Assembly: GCA_021413775.1 (NCBI GenBank)
Contig: JAIOPS010000021.1
Location: 5,014 to 69,013, forward strand
Source of the DNA: Candidatus Kaiserbacteria bacterium
GTDB taxonomy: Bacteria; Patescibacteriota; Minisyncoccia; Phycocordibacterales; UBA2100
Reading direction: 5' to 3'
Length of the DNA: 64,000 nucleotides
Below the pieces are notes generated by a model. It made no database searches and had not been told where the DNA came from. It saw only the letters and a list, made by a program, of their open reading frames with translations. Positions within the stretch are counted from its first letter, which is position 1, and every line of letters starts with the position of its first letter. This document shows, piece after piece, positions 55,340-64,000 of this stretch. The translations under genes and the position numbers were made by a program.

Positions 55340-57988
55340 ATGTCACCGCACACGGACATGCCTGAGTTGCCTGCCCTTGATACTCCTTCTCCGTGGACAC
55401 GAACGCCCGCGGAACTGTTCGACCTGATGCGGTCTAGCGATCTGGGTCTCCTCGAAGAGGAGGCACTGCGTCGTCTTACACTTTTCGGGCCCAACGAATT
55501 TAAAAAGCGTAACAATACGCGCGTCTTGAAAGTCATTGCAGACCAGTTTTCGAGTCCGCTTATTTTCATGCTCATTGCCGCAGCCGGGATTACGGTCCTC
55601 CTGCATGAATGGGTAGAGACAGTCGTCATTGCTCTCGCGGTTATCGTGAACGCCGTGCTCGGCTTCTATCAGGAATATAAGGCCGAAAATACGCTCGACA
55701 AACTTACCGCCTACATCAAGGAGCGTACGCGCGTCATCCGCGCGGGAAAAATCCGCGAAGTGGAGTCCTCTGAAATCGTTCCCGGCGATGTCGTACACCT
55801 CACATTCGGCGCCCGCGTCCCCGCCGACGCACGCCTCATTTCCATCAATAATTTTACGGTTGATGAAGCGGTACTTACCGGAGAATCAATGCCGGTCCGC
55901 AAGAACACGGATGTGGTTTCCGGCGATGCTGCGGTGACCGAGCAGAAAAACATGATATTCGCCGGCTCAATGATTACGGAGGGGTACGCATCCGGAATCG
56001 TTACGGGTACGGGTGAACACACTGAAATAGGGCGCATCGCACGGCTCGTATCGGAGGTTTCTCAGGAAGCGACCCCGCTCCAGCAATCTCTTAGCCGCCT
56101 CGCATGGATTATCTTTTTGTGCGTCGTCGTCATTGTCTCGGGACTTTTCTTTCTGGGGCTTTCGCGCGGTGAGCCGCTGCTTGAGATGCTGCTTCTTTCC
56201 GTCGCGACGGCTGTCGGTGCGATACCGGAAGCACTCCCGATTGCGCTCACCGTTATTCTCGCCATCGGCGTAGAGCGCATCGCCAAGAAGAAAGGCATCA
56301 TGCGCTCACTGAGTGCAGCCGAGACACTTGGTTCGACGACACTCGTGATGACCGATAAGACCGGCACCCTCACCGAGGCCAACATGACTGTCACCACTGT
56401 GATGACGAGGGCGTTCGCTGTTTCCGAAGACCCCGTGATTCCATCGAATCTCCCCTCTCTTTCTCCGATGCAAAAGAGCATGCTCTCTTCCGCACTTCTT
56501 TCCACGGATGTTGTGGTTGAGAACAGTTCGGACCCGGAGGAGCATTGGCGTTATATCGGTCGCCCGCTTGAGACAAGCATTGCACTTGCGGCGAAAAGCG
56601 CGGGAATCAATATTCTTTCAGTCATGCAGGAAAAAAGGCAGGCGGTTCTTCCTTTCAATTCGACGAATAAATTTTCTGTAACGCTTGATAAGCACTCGAA
56701 GATTTACAGCGTGCTCGGCGCTCCGGACATACTACTTCAGCGGTCTGCCGTCACAAAAGACGAGTACATCGCTATCGAGAAGCGCATCCGCGACATCAGC
56801 GCGGCGGGCGGAAGACTCGTCGGTGTTGCGCGGTTCGCTCCGAAAAAAGTGAAAGACATCCATGTTCTCGCACCGGCTGATGTCCGCGACCTTGAATTCC
56901 TGGGGTTTCTCGTTCTGCACGACCCTGTCCGCCGAGAAGCAGGAGATGCGGTCCGCCGCATAGAATCCTACGGTGCATCAGTTGTGATGGTGACGGGCGA
57001 CCTCAAGGGCACCGCAACGGCTGTGGCGGAGTCCATCGGCTGGGGCATTACAGAGGCGAATGTAATGACTGGCGAAGAAGTCCGCCAGATGACGGATGCG
57101 GACATGCTCAAGAGACTCTCGAGCATTCGTATCTACGCGCGGGTTACCCCGGAGGACAAGCTGCGCATCGGGCGCCTCTATCAGTCCCGCGGTGAAGTCG
57201 TGGCCATGACAGGAGACGGCGTAAACGATGCACCCGCGCTCAAGGCTGCGAATATCGGCATCGCCATCGGCTCCGGAAGCGACGTCGCGAAAAGCGCCGC
57301 AGACCTTGTTCTCTTGGACGACAATTTTGAAACAATCGTTCTCGCCATAGAAGAAGGGCGTCGCATTATTTCAAACATCAGAAAGGCGTTCGTGTACCTC
57401 ATGTCGAACAGTCTTGATGAGGTTTTCCTCATCGGAGGCAGTCTTATTTTTGCGCTCCCTCTCCCCCTTTCCGCCATCCAGATAATCTGGGTGAACTTTT
57501 TCACCGGCTCTCTGCCCGCCCTCGCCTTCGCGTTCGAAGAAAACCGCGATGTCGGCCTCGGCCGCGGGACGCGCATCGGTATTTTCAATACGCAGGTGCA
57601 GGTCCTGACGATGGGAGTCGGCGTTGCGACCTCGCTGTTTCTTTTCGTCTTCTACTGGGCACTTCTCTCCGCCGGCGTCGAGCTCGCCACCGCCCGCACG
57701 GTTCTCTTCCTCTGTTTCGCGTCTTACATTCTCATTATCGCGTTCTCATTCAAGAGCCTCAATCGCCCCATCTTCACGTACCCGCTTTTTGACAACCGTA
57801 CCCTGAACATCAGCGTATTCAGCGCAACGGCGATTATTTTCGGCTCGATGGCGATTCCCTTCCTCAGAGAGATGCTCGGACTCGTTCCCATTTCGCTCAT
57901 ATGGGCGCTCTCAATCATTCTCTGGCTGGCATTCAATATACTTCTCGTTGAAACGACGAAGTGGGGCCTCCGGAAACTCGCACACTGA
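55340..57988 (+). CDS. P-type cation-transporting ATPase (type II-like)
   Basis: FGPNE, LTGES, IPEALP, DKTGTLT, TGD, TGDGVNDAPALK. Confidence 0.92.
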   Translation: MSPHTDMPELPALDTPSPWTRTPAELFDLMRSSDLGLLEEEALRRLTLFGPNEFKKRNNTRVLKVIADQFSSPLIFMLIAAAGITVLLHEWVETVVIALAVIVNAVLGFYQEYKAENTLDKLTAYIKERTRVIRAGKIREVESSEIVPGDVVHLTFGARVPADARLISINNFTVDEAVLTGESMPVRKNTDVVSGDAAVTEQKNMIFAGSMITEGYASGIVTGTGEHTEIGRIARLVSEVSQEATPLQQSLSRLAWIIFLCVVVIVSGLFFLGLSRGEPLLEMLLLSVATAVGAIPEALPIALTVILAIGVERIAKKKGIMRSLSAAETLGSTTLVMTDKTGTLTEANMTVTTVMTRAFAVSEDPVIPSNLPSLSPMQKSMLSSALLSTDVVVENSSDPEEHWRYIGRPLETSIALAAKSAGINILSVMQEKRQAVLPFNSTNKFSVTLDKHSKIYSVLGAPDILLQRSAVTKDEYIAIEKRIRDISAAGGRLVGVARFAPKKVKDIHVLAPADVRDLEFLGFLVLHDPVRREAGDAVRRIESYGASVVMVTGDLKGTATAVAESIGWGITEANVMTGEEVRQMTDADMLKRLSSIRIYARVTPEDKLRIGRLYQSRGEVVAMTGDGVNDAPALKAANIGIAIGSGSDVAKSAADLVLLDDNFETIVLAIEEGRRIISNIRKAFVYLMSNSLDEVFLIGGSLIFALPLPLSAIQIIWVNFFTGSLPALAFAFEENRDVGLGRGTRIGIFNTQVQVLTMGVGVATSLFLFVFYWALLSAGVELATARTVLFLCFASYILIIAFSFKSLNRPIFTYPLFDNRTLNISVFSATAIIFGSMAIPFLREMLGLVPISLIWALSIILWLAFNILLVETTKWGLRKLAH

Positions 57989-57993
57989 GCCGG

Positions 57994-58884
57994 CTATACT
58001 TCGAGACCCCGGAGAGCTGCGATACGCTCCTCCATCGGAGGATGCGTCGAGAAAAGTTTCGCGACCCACTGTCCCGCAGGGTGAGCACCGAACGGATTCG
58101 AGATAAACAGGTGTGCCGTAGTGGTAGACGCGCGCGTCATGGGCCTGGCGTACGAGCCTATCTTCTGAAGAGCGGCGGCAAGACCGTCAGGATAGCGCGT
58201 AAGGAGAGCGCCCGATGCATCAGCGAGGAACTCCCGTTTGCGTGAAATCGCAAGCTGGATGAGCTGCGCGGCAATCGGCGCGAGTATCATCGCGACAAGC
58301 GCGGCAATGAGAATGACGGGGTTTCTGTCGCGGTCACGGTCGCCCCCGAACATGCTCATGCGGAGCGCGATATTCGCAATCACCGAAATGAATCCGACAA
58401 GGACGACGGCGACCGTCATCACGAGAATATCCCTGTTACCGATGTGCGCGAGCTCGTGGGCGAGAACGCCTTCCAGCTCAGACCGCTCCATCATTCCGAG
58501 AAGACCCGTGGTAACGGCGATGACCGCATGCTCTTTATCACGACCGGTAGCGAACGCATTCGGCTGTGCATCTTCAATAATATACACACGAGGCTTCGGC
58601 AGGCCGGCGGTAATGGAGAGGTTTTCGACAATCCGGTGCAATTCTTTATACGTGGTCTCATCCGCCGGTTTCGCGCCCACGCTCGCAATTGCGACCTTGT
58701 CCGAAAACCAGTACGCCCCCACGTTTGAAATGAGTGAGAAACCGACTGCGATATAAAGAAGGCTCGTGTCGTTAAAGTATAACGAGAGTATCCATCCGAC
58801 CGCGATGACGACGGCAAGAAAGACCCCCATGAGGGTCCACGTACGGAATACATTCCGGCTCTGTTGTGTGTAGAGAGATGCCAT
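57994..58884 (-). CDS. htpX: M48 zinc metalloprotease HtpX
   Basis: PNAFATG, AHELAH, REFLAD, STHPP; TATAAT 6 nt before ATG. Confidence 0.93.
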   Translation of the reverse strand: MASLYTQQSRNVFRTWTLMGVFLAVVIAVGWILSLYFNDTSLLYIAVGFSLISNVGAYWFSDKVAIASVGAKPADETTYKELHRIVENLSITAGLPKPRVYIIEDAQPNAFATGRDKEHAVIAVTTGLLGMMERSELEGVLAHELAHIGNRDILVMTVAVVLVGFISVIANIALRMSMFGGDRDRDRNPVILIAALVAMILAPIAAQLIQLAISRKREFLADASGALLTRYPDGLAAALQKIGSYARPMTRASTTTAHLFISNPFGAHPAGQWVAKLFSTHPPMEERIAALRGLEV

Positions 58885-58907
58885 GGGCGCATTATACAGA
58901 AACGGGT

Positions 58908-58942
58908 AAAAAATAATGCAGCCCGCGCATAGCGCGGACTGC
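58908..58942 (-). terminator. intrinsic terminator after NUDIX gene
   Basis: GCAGTCCGCGC-TAT-GCGCGGGCTGC then ATTATTTTTT on the minus strand. Confidence 0.65.
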
Positions 58943-58964
58943 GGTGGCCGGAAATTCCGGACAC

Positions 58965-59498
58965 TTATTTTTTCAGTGCGCGCCTGAGCGCGCGCAGGGA
59001 GCGGTTCCACGGCCTTGCCGCTTCGATGCAGCGGATGTCGTTGGCGATTGTGCCGATAATCTCGTACCGGCAGATTTCCGCTGCGGTGACCCACTTGTAC
59101 TCGGTCGAATCGTTCTCCTCGAGCACGATGTCCCCGCGATGGCATTCCGCCATGAACCGGACCGCGATGACGCCGATGTTATCCAGCGGCCGGACGAACG
59201 CCGAGCTGCTCACGTAGTGCAGTCGCTTCAACTGCATGCGCGTCTCTTCGCGCACTTCGCGGCGCAGGGCGCGTCCGAGTACGCCGACGCTTTCGGGCTT
59301 ACGCTTGAGATGTTTCAGGTAATCCTTCGGCTCCAGCCCGCCCCCCGGAATAGTCCAGAGTCCCGGCCATTGCTTCCGCTCTTCAGAACGCTTCATCAGG
59401 AAGTAGAGTCGCGGTTGCCAGAACCACCGGGGCTCAACGTAGACGATGCACTGCACAACCACGCGGTGCAGCTCGCTTGGATGCACAGTATCAGCCAT
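58965..59498 (-). CDS. NUDIX hydrolase
   Basis: WPGLWTIPGG...ALRREVREET; GGGAGG SD. Confidence 0.85.
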   Translation of the reverse strand: MADTVHPSELHRVVVQCIVYVEPRWFWQPRLYFLMKRSEERKQWPGLWTIPGGGLEPKDYLKHLKRKPESVGVLGRALRREVREETRMQLKRLHYVSSSAFVRPLDNIGVIAVRFMAECHRGDIVLEENDSTEYKWVTAAEICRYEIIGTIANDIRCIEAARPWNRSLRALRRALKK

Positions 59499-59547
59499 AT
59501 CGGCCTCCCGTTATGCTGCCGGGATGTATATCAGAGATACGGGGCTT

Positions 59548-61371
59548 TTACCAACTGCCGCCTCCCCCTCCACCACCGCCTCCGCCGGAGAAACCACCTC
59601 CTCCGGAACCCGATGCGGATACCGATATCGACGAGGTAAATGAGCCGGAAAATCCGTGCAAATCATGTGTGAAGCTTGTCGCGGAAAACGCCGTCATGTT
59701 GGCACCGCTGTACCAGGAGGGAGGCTGCACGTACACGCCTTCAAATTCTTTCGCCCATGCTTTCTCCACTCCGAACATGACCGCATACGGCAGGAGCGCC
59801 TCGAAAACTTCGGGACGCTTGTCGGGCGCATTGTGGAATTCGAGACGGTTCTTTTCGGCAATCTGCAGATAGTCTTTGAGGCCGAGCAGCTCTTCGCGCC
59901 GCAGCGCACCGTCCGGCGTTACGCGGGACATAAACAGCGAGGCGAACCCCGCGGCGACCGCTGCGACGGCAAATCCGAGCACGAGCATCCCCACGGCTGC
60001 GTGGTCAGTCGCCACGTCGGCGCTCATCATGAATCCCAGGAACGCGACAAACAATACGAATCCTGCCGACAGTCCGAGAATCATCTGATACTTCTTGCTG
60101 GTCCCGTCATAGAGACCTTTCGTCACGACGGAATCCTGCACCGTTTTTTTTACCGTCTGAAGCTGACTCTGAAAATGCTGCTTGTCGATGTCGGAAAGCA
60201 AAATCGAGCGCACGCCCGCGTCGGTTGTTGCGGCATAGAAAAGCGCTTCATATATATCCCTGTCGTGTTCATCCGCGAGGATTTTCTGTCCGCCTGTTTC
60301 GATGAGACGGTAGTCCGTCGACTTGAAAATGCCGAACGTCTTTGATGTCTCCTGGGAAATCTTAAGGCCCCCCTGAATCGCAATCGAGATGAGTTGCGCG
60401 GTTATGTCACGGCCCGTTATCTTTTGACGTACGAGGAGTGCCCCCTCTATCGGAGAGACATTCTCCGGCGGCTCGTAATACGGAATGATGGTTCCCTTTC
60501 CTTTCGGATCTTTGCCGTGCAACCACCAGGTGCGGAACGAAATGTATATACCCGCGAGCGCGACAATGAGTCCGGCCCACGGATATACGCCGCTCGGGAT
60601 GAAGCTGAAAAGAAGTATCGCTATGCCGATTACTCCGCGACCCGGAGCAAGCAGACCGTTTTCTATGCCCTTTGAAATACCGTCTACGGTCATCGTTTGC
60701 GCGAGCGAGGGAGTAAGAATCGGCACCGTACCTTTAGGGAATGCCGCCGCGACGGTCATCCCTTCTTTTTGTGCGAAACCACGACCTGAAGTGAAGTGCG
60801 CATCGACACCGGAAAAACCCGACGCACACGTTTCGGTCGAGCGCAAACCTCCCTGGTAGCACGATGCGGAGATGATACTCCCGGACGGCACCGTGATGCG
60901 CGCGGTAGCCGCATCAATCGGTACGGACCAGTCATTGCCCGTCGCGTTCCAATAGAGTTCGTCCCCATCTTTCAGCGGGATAATCGCACCCACTGCGTCG
61001 TACGTTATGACGTACAACTTCTCACCGCTGACCAGCGTATCCGGACTGCCGATGCGGATGTGTACGGTACCGCTGTTTCGCGTGACGTCGGTTCTGTACC
61101 CGCTTCCCGATGCGTCAGTTACCGAAATGTCCGAAATACCGAGCGTGCGTTTCTCCGCACCTTCCGCAAGAAAATCCGTCGGAATGTCGCGGTAGATGCC
61201 GTGCTTCTCCTCTGTGCCGAAATCATATCGGATGCTCTCGACAACATGCACGACACCGGTCGGCATGACCGTCAGCTGCGTATCGAAGGAGCGGATTGAT
61301 TCAGCGTATACGGCGAACGGAAGGAGCGCCGCAAGCGCGACAGGAAGGAGCGCAATACGGAGAAACCGCAT
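59548..61371 (-). CDS. DUF2207 family membrane protein
   Basis: HGIYRDIP, ELYWNATGNDW, LPYAVMFGV..W, C-terminal GGGFSGGGGGGGGGGSW. Confidence 0.92.
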   Translation of the reverse strand: MRFLRIALLPVALAALLPFAVYAESIRSFDTQLTVMPTGVVHVVESIRYDFGTEEKHGIYRDIPTDFLAEGAEKRTLGISDISVTDASGSGYRTDVTRNSGTVHIRIGSPDTLVSGEKLYVITYDAVGAIIPLKDGDELYWNATGNDWSVPIDAATARITVPSGSIISASCYQGGLRSTETCASGFSGVDAHFTSGRGFAQKEGMTVAAAFPKGTVPILTPSLAQTMTVDGISKGIENGLLAPGRGVIGIAILLFSFIPSGVYPWAGLIVALAGIYISFRTWWLHGKDPKGKGTIIPYYEPPENVSPIEGALLVRQKITGRDITAQLISIAIQGGLKISQETSKTFGIFKSTDYRLIETGGQKILADEHDRDIYEALFYAATTDAGVRSILLSDIDKQHFQSQLQTVKKTVQDSVVTKGLYDGTSKKYQMILGLSAGFVLFVAFLGFMMSADVATDHAAVGMLVLGFAVAAVAAGFASLFMSRVTPDGALRREELLGLKDYLQIAEKNRLEFHNAPDKRPEVFEALLPYAVMFGVEKAWAKEFEGVYVQPPSWYSGANMTAFSATSFTHDLHGFSGSFTSSISVSASGSGGGGFSGGGGGGGGGGSW

Positions 61372-61376
61372 GCGGT

Positions 61377-61937
61377 TTAGAACTTAACAGCGACCGGCTC
61401 TTTCGCCGCCTGTTCGTTCTCACCAAGCTGGAAGAAATCGCTTGCCTTGAATCCGAAGGTATTCGCGATGAGGTTGGACGGGAAAGATTGAATCTTAGTG
61501 TTCAACTCCATGACCACACCGTTGTAGAAACGGCGAGCCGCCTGAATTTTGTTCTCCGTGTCCGAGAGTTCACGCTGCAATTCGACGAAGTTCTCATTTG
61601 CTTTCAGGTTCGGATAGTTCTCGGAGACCGCAAAGAGCGATTTGAGTGCGCCGGAGAGCATGTTTTCCGCCTCCGCTTTATCCGCGGGCGTTGTGGCGCT
61701 CATTGCACGTGTGCGCATCTCGGTCACCTTCTCAAGCGTGCCGGCTTCGTGCGTCGCGTACCCCTTCACGGTCTCGACGAGATTCGGGATAAGGTCGTAG
61801 CGGCGCTTGAGCTGAACGTCGATATCGGCCCACGCTTCTTTTACGCGCGTCATGAGTGTGACGAAACGATTGTATGCACCGACCACCCAGAGAACGAGAA
61901 CCGCTGCAATTGCTAAAAGTACGTATGTTGTTGTCAT
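61377..61937 (-). CDS. lemA: LemA family protein
   Basis: IDVQLKRRYDLIPNLVETVKGYA, ENYPNLKAN, ARRFYN, FPSN. Confidence 0.96.
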   Translation of the reverse strand: MTTTYVLLAIAAVLVLWVVGAYNRFVTLMTRVKEAWADIDVQLKRRYDLIPNLVETVKGYATHEAGTLEKVTEMRTRAMSATTPADKAEAENMLSGALKSLFAVSENYPNLKANENFVELQRELSDTENKIQAARRFYNGVVMELNTKIQSFPSNLIANTFGFKASDFFQLGENEQAAKEPVAVKF

Positions 61938-61970
61938 ATGGAAATACTATATCACCCTCCTCCCGCCGCG

Positions 61971-64000
61971 CTACCGCGAACCGACTTTCAGAGTCGCCCG
62001 CAGCGCCGTGAGAAGCTGCGTATTCTGCGCCGTCGTACCCGAGTAGTTTGTAATGCCGTATTGTCGTGCAAGCGTCTGTCGCGTCGCGAAGTCACTGGAT
62101 TTGCCCGCCTGACTGAGGAAGTCGGATACTGAGCCTCCCGTGTATCCGGAAGCCCCCGCGTACGCGCTTTCCGTCACGGCCGGTACCGCGGATGGCGCTG
62201 TTCCCGGGATGCCCGTGGTCCGTATCTGGTTCAAAAGCTGACTGTTCATGGCTGCGGAATCCTGCGTGGTCGAGATTCCGAATTCCGATGCGAGCTGCTT
62301 TCTGTACGCAAGAGAGGTCGGAAGGTTTTGCGAAGCGAGACAGTCAACAACAGAATTCCCCGGACACGAAACGGGCTGCGGCGCGGCAGCGGCAATCGGC
62401 ACGTCCGTTACAGGAGCCGGTTGCGCGGGAGACTCCGCGACCTGCGGCGCCTCTGCCGACACCGCCTGTTCAGGCTGCGCAGGTACCGCAGCAACATCTG
62501 CCGGTTCGGATGACGTAACGGGCACAGACGGTATGCCGAGTGCGTTGAAATCATTTTGAACAATCTGGTTCGGAGTCAGCTCCGTCGGTGACTGCGGCGC
62601 AAATGTTTCCGAGATCGCGGACTTGAATCCTTCTCCGTCGAACGTAATCATGCTCCACGCGAGACGTGATGAGAGCGGCTCCGGCGCAGACGGAGTCGCG
62701 GTATCGAGCGATGCGGGCGCGTCCGCAATCCGCGCCGCAAGGTAACGGGCCTCGTCGGCTTTCACCTGCTCCGGTCCGGGTAGCGATCCGTCCGCCGGAA
62801 CGTAGCTCACGCTCTCGCCGGTCGGCGGCGAAAGCGTTCCTGACATATCCGGCGCGGCATTCACGTTTGTAGGAGTGAACCCGTTTTGTGCACCGTCGGA
62901 AATTGTATTATCCAAAACCGAGCTGGGCTGTTCGACATACGTGCTCGGCGTTTGCGGATTCACGATATCGGACCACGCGGATTTAATTTCAGCGCCGTTC
63001 ATGGTCAGGAGTCCGTATCCGAGTCGGACTGCCGGCGGCTCGGGCTCTTGCGCCGCTTTCGGTGTCTCTGCCTCCGCCTGTGCGATACGGTCTGCATACT
63101 GACGATTTTCATCTGCCTTGATCTGGTCCGCTGCCGAGATTGCTCCCTCTGCGCTGCTGAATTCACGGCCCGTATCGACCGGTGCGAAATAATCCGTCGG
63201 GTCCGGTGGAACCGCGTTGAGCCCCGGTAGCGGACCTTCAACGCTGCTGAAAAGCGCGCTCGTATCAGTAAACATGTACGAGTAATCGGTCGGCGTCGGC
63301 ACCGCAGTTTCAACAGGAGCGTTCGTGACCGGCGTTATGCTCACTTGAATGAGCCCGCCTTGTCCTCCCAAGGCTTCGCGCGCCGCGGTCGAGAGGTCCA
63401 CGATACGGCCCTCACCTCCGTTGCTCGTCGAATCAAAGTAACGCGGACTGCCCGTGTCGTTTACTTTCACCGTGACCGTCGCACCCGGAGTACATCCCTG
63501 ACCCACGCAGGCGACGTTGTACTGACCGGGAGCGAGCTGGTTCGACGCTGCGGTAAGTTCAGACGAGCGGAATGTATCTCCGTATGCTGTTTTCTTTCCC
63601 TCGAAATAATTTCCGTCTCCGCACGAACCTTTTCCGTAGCACGATGCGATTCCCGTCACTGATTCTCCCGGCTCCAGCTGATCACCTTTCGCATTTGCGG
63701 ATGTAGAAAGAATATTATCGGTCACGTAATCGAGACCGCTGGCAATTTTCGTGCCGATATCCGACGCGGTACTTTTCAACCAGCTCGTTCCCGTACAGTA
63801 CCAACCGCATTGCTCGGCCCCCGCGTTTTGTGCCGAGACACTCTCCGGCTGCCGGAATGTATTTTCACCTGCTGTGCCGCCCGTAAATCCTTCACTTTTT
63901 ACTTCCGTGCTCTCCACACCGGGTACGGTCCCTCCACTGAGTTCAAACGTTTTACCGGAGAACGACGGGCCGTCGAAAAGAGATGCTGTATCGGGTACAC
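61971..64000 (-). CDS. large low-complexity surface protein with RlpA/expansin-like DPBB domain and two C-terminal DUF3597-like repeats (5' end beyond window)
   Basis: Frame is open to the window end; ASCYG..TAYGD..TAAS..VKVNDTG..RIVDLS..A; repeats SVVDCL..RKQLA..DSAAMN and SVSDFL..RQTLA..GTTAQN. Confidence 0.75.
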   Translation of the reverse strand, partial: VPDTASLFDGPSFSGKTFELSGGTVPGVESTEVKSEGFTGGTAGENTFRQPESVSAQNAGAEQCGWYCTGTSWLKSTASDIGTKIASGLDYVTDNILSTSANAKGDQLEPGESVTGIASCYGKGSCGDGNYFEGKKTAYGDTFRSSELTAASNQLAPGQYNVACVGQGCTPGATVTVKVNDTGSPRYFDSTSNGGEGRIVDLSTAAREALGGQGGLIQVSITPVTNAPVETAVPTPTDYSYMFTDTSALFSSVEGPLPGLNAVPPDPTDYFAPVDTGREFSSAEGAISAADQIKADENRQYADRIAQAEAETPKAAQEPEPPAVRLGYGLLTMNGAEIKSAWSDIVNPQTPSTYVEQPSSVLDNTISDGAQNGFTPTNVNAAPDMSGTLSPPTGESVSYVPADGSLPGPEQVKADEARYLAARIADAPASLDTATPSAPEPLSSRLAWSMITFDGEGFKSAISETFAPQSPTELTPNQIVQNDFNALGIPSVPVTSSEPADVAAVPAQPEQAVSAEAPQVAESPAQPAPVTDVPIAAAAPQPVSCPGNSVVDCLASQNLPTSLAYRKQLASEFGISTTQDSAAMNSQLLNQIRTTGIPGTAPSAVPAVTESAYAGASGYTGGSVSDFLSQAGKSSDFATRQTLARQYGITNYSGTTAQNTQLLTALRATLKVGSR

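Noticed and set aside
59548-59610. CCG/CCA-rich low-complexity tract
   Set aside because: It is the ordinary Gly-rich C-terminal tail of DUF2207.
1-64000. CRISPR array or IS transposase
   Set aside because: No regularly spaced repeats and no cas, transposase or integrase ORF were seen.
1-64000. TGA recoding (code 25)
   Set aside because: Conserved genes such as thyA, purK and purL end at TGA at their expected lengths and have no internal TGA.

Overview
This window is a gene-dense, GC-rich bacterial chromosome segment using the standard genetic code. Gene content and style suggest Patescibacteria/CPR (Parcubacteria-like); this is inference. It holds a de novo purine operon (purL-purQ-purK-purE-purM-purC-purB), a thymidylate/folate cluster (folA, CYTH, dcd, thyA, glyA), an alpha-glucan/hexose cluster (GT4, GH57, GH15, PGI/PMI, ROK, HAD), dipZ, hisS, lepA, murJ, RNase P RNA, a class II-type ribonucleotide reductase, two P-type ATPases, lemA-DUF2207-htpX and four tRNAs. 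No integrase, transposase or CRISPR array was found. The main finding is that three different tRNA genes (Arg, Gly, Ser) are each followed by a ~155-180 bp non-coding element with the same architecture: a tandem-GA mini-hairpin, an antisense copy of that tRNA's own 3' end with a hairpin inserted in it, two conserved hairpins, then a sense copy of the tRNA 3' end. Structurally related elements lie upstream of the RNR gene, downstream of rnpB and upstream of tRNA-Phe. Other points are pervasive leaderless gene starts, a CYTH enzyme sitting where dUTPase would be expected, and a large RlpA-like surface protein. All structures were paired by eye; no folding or database search was run.
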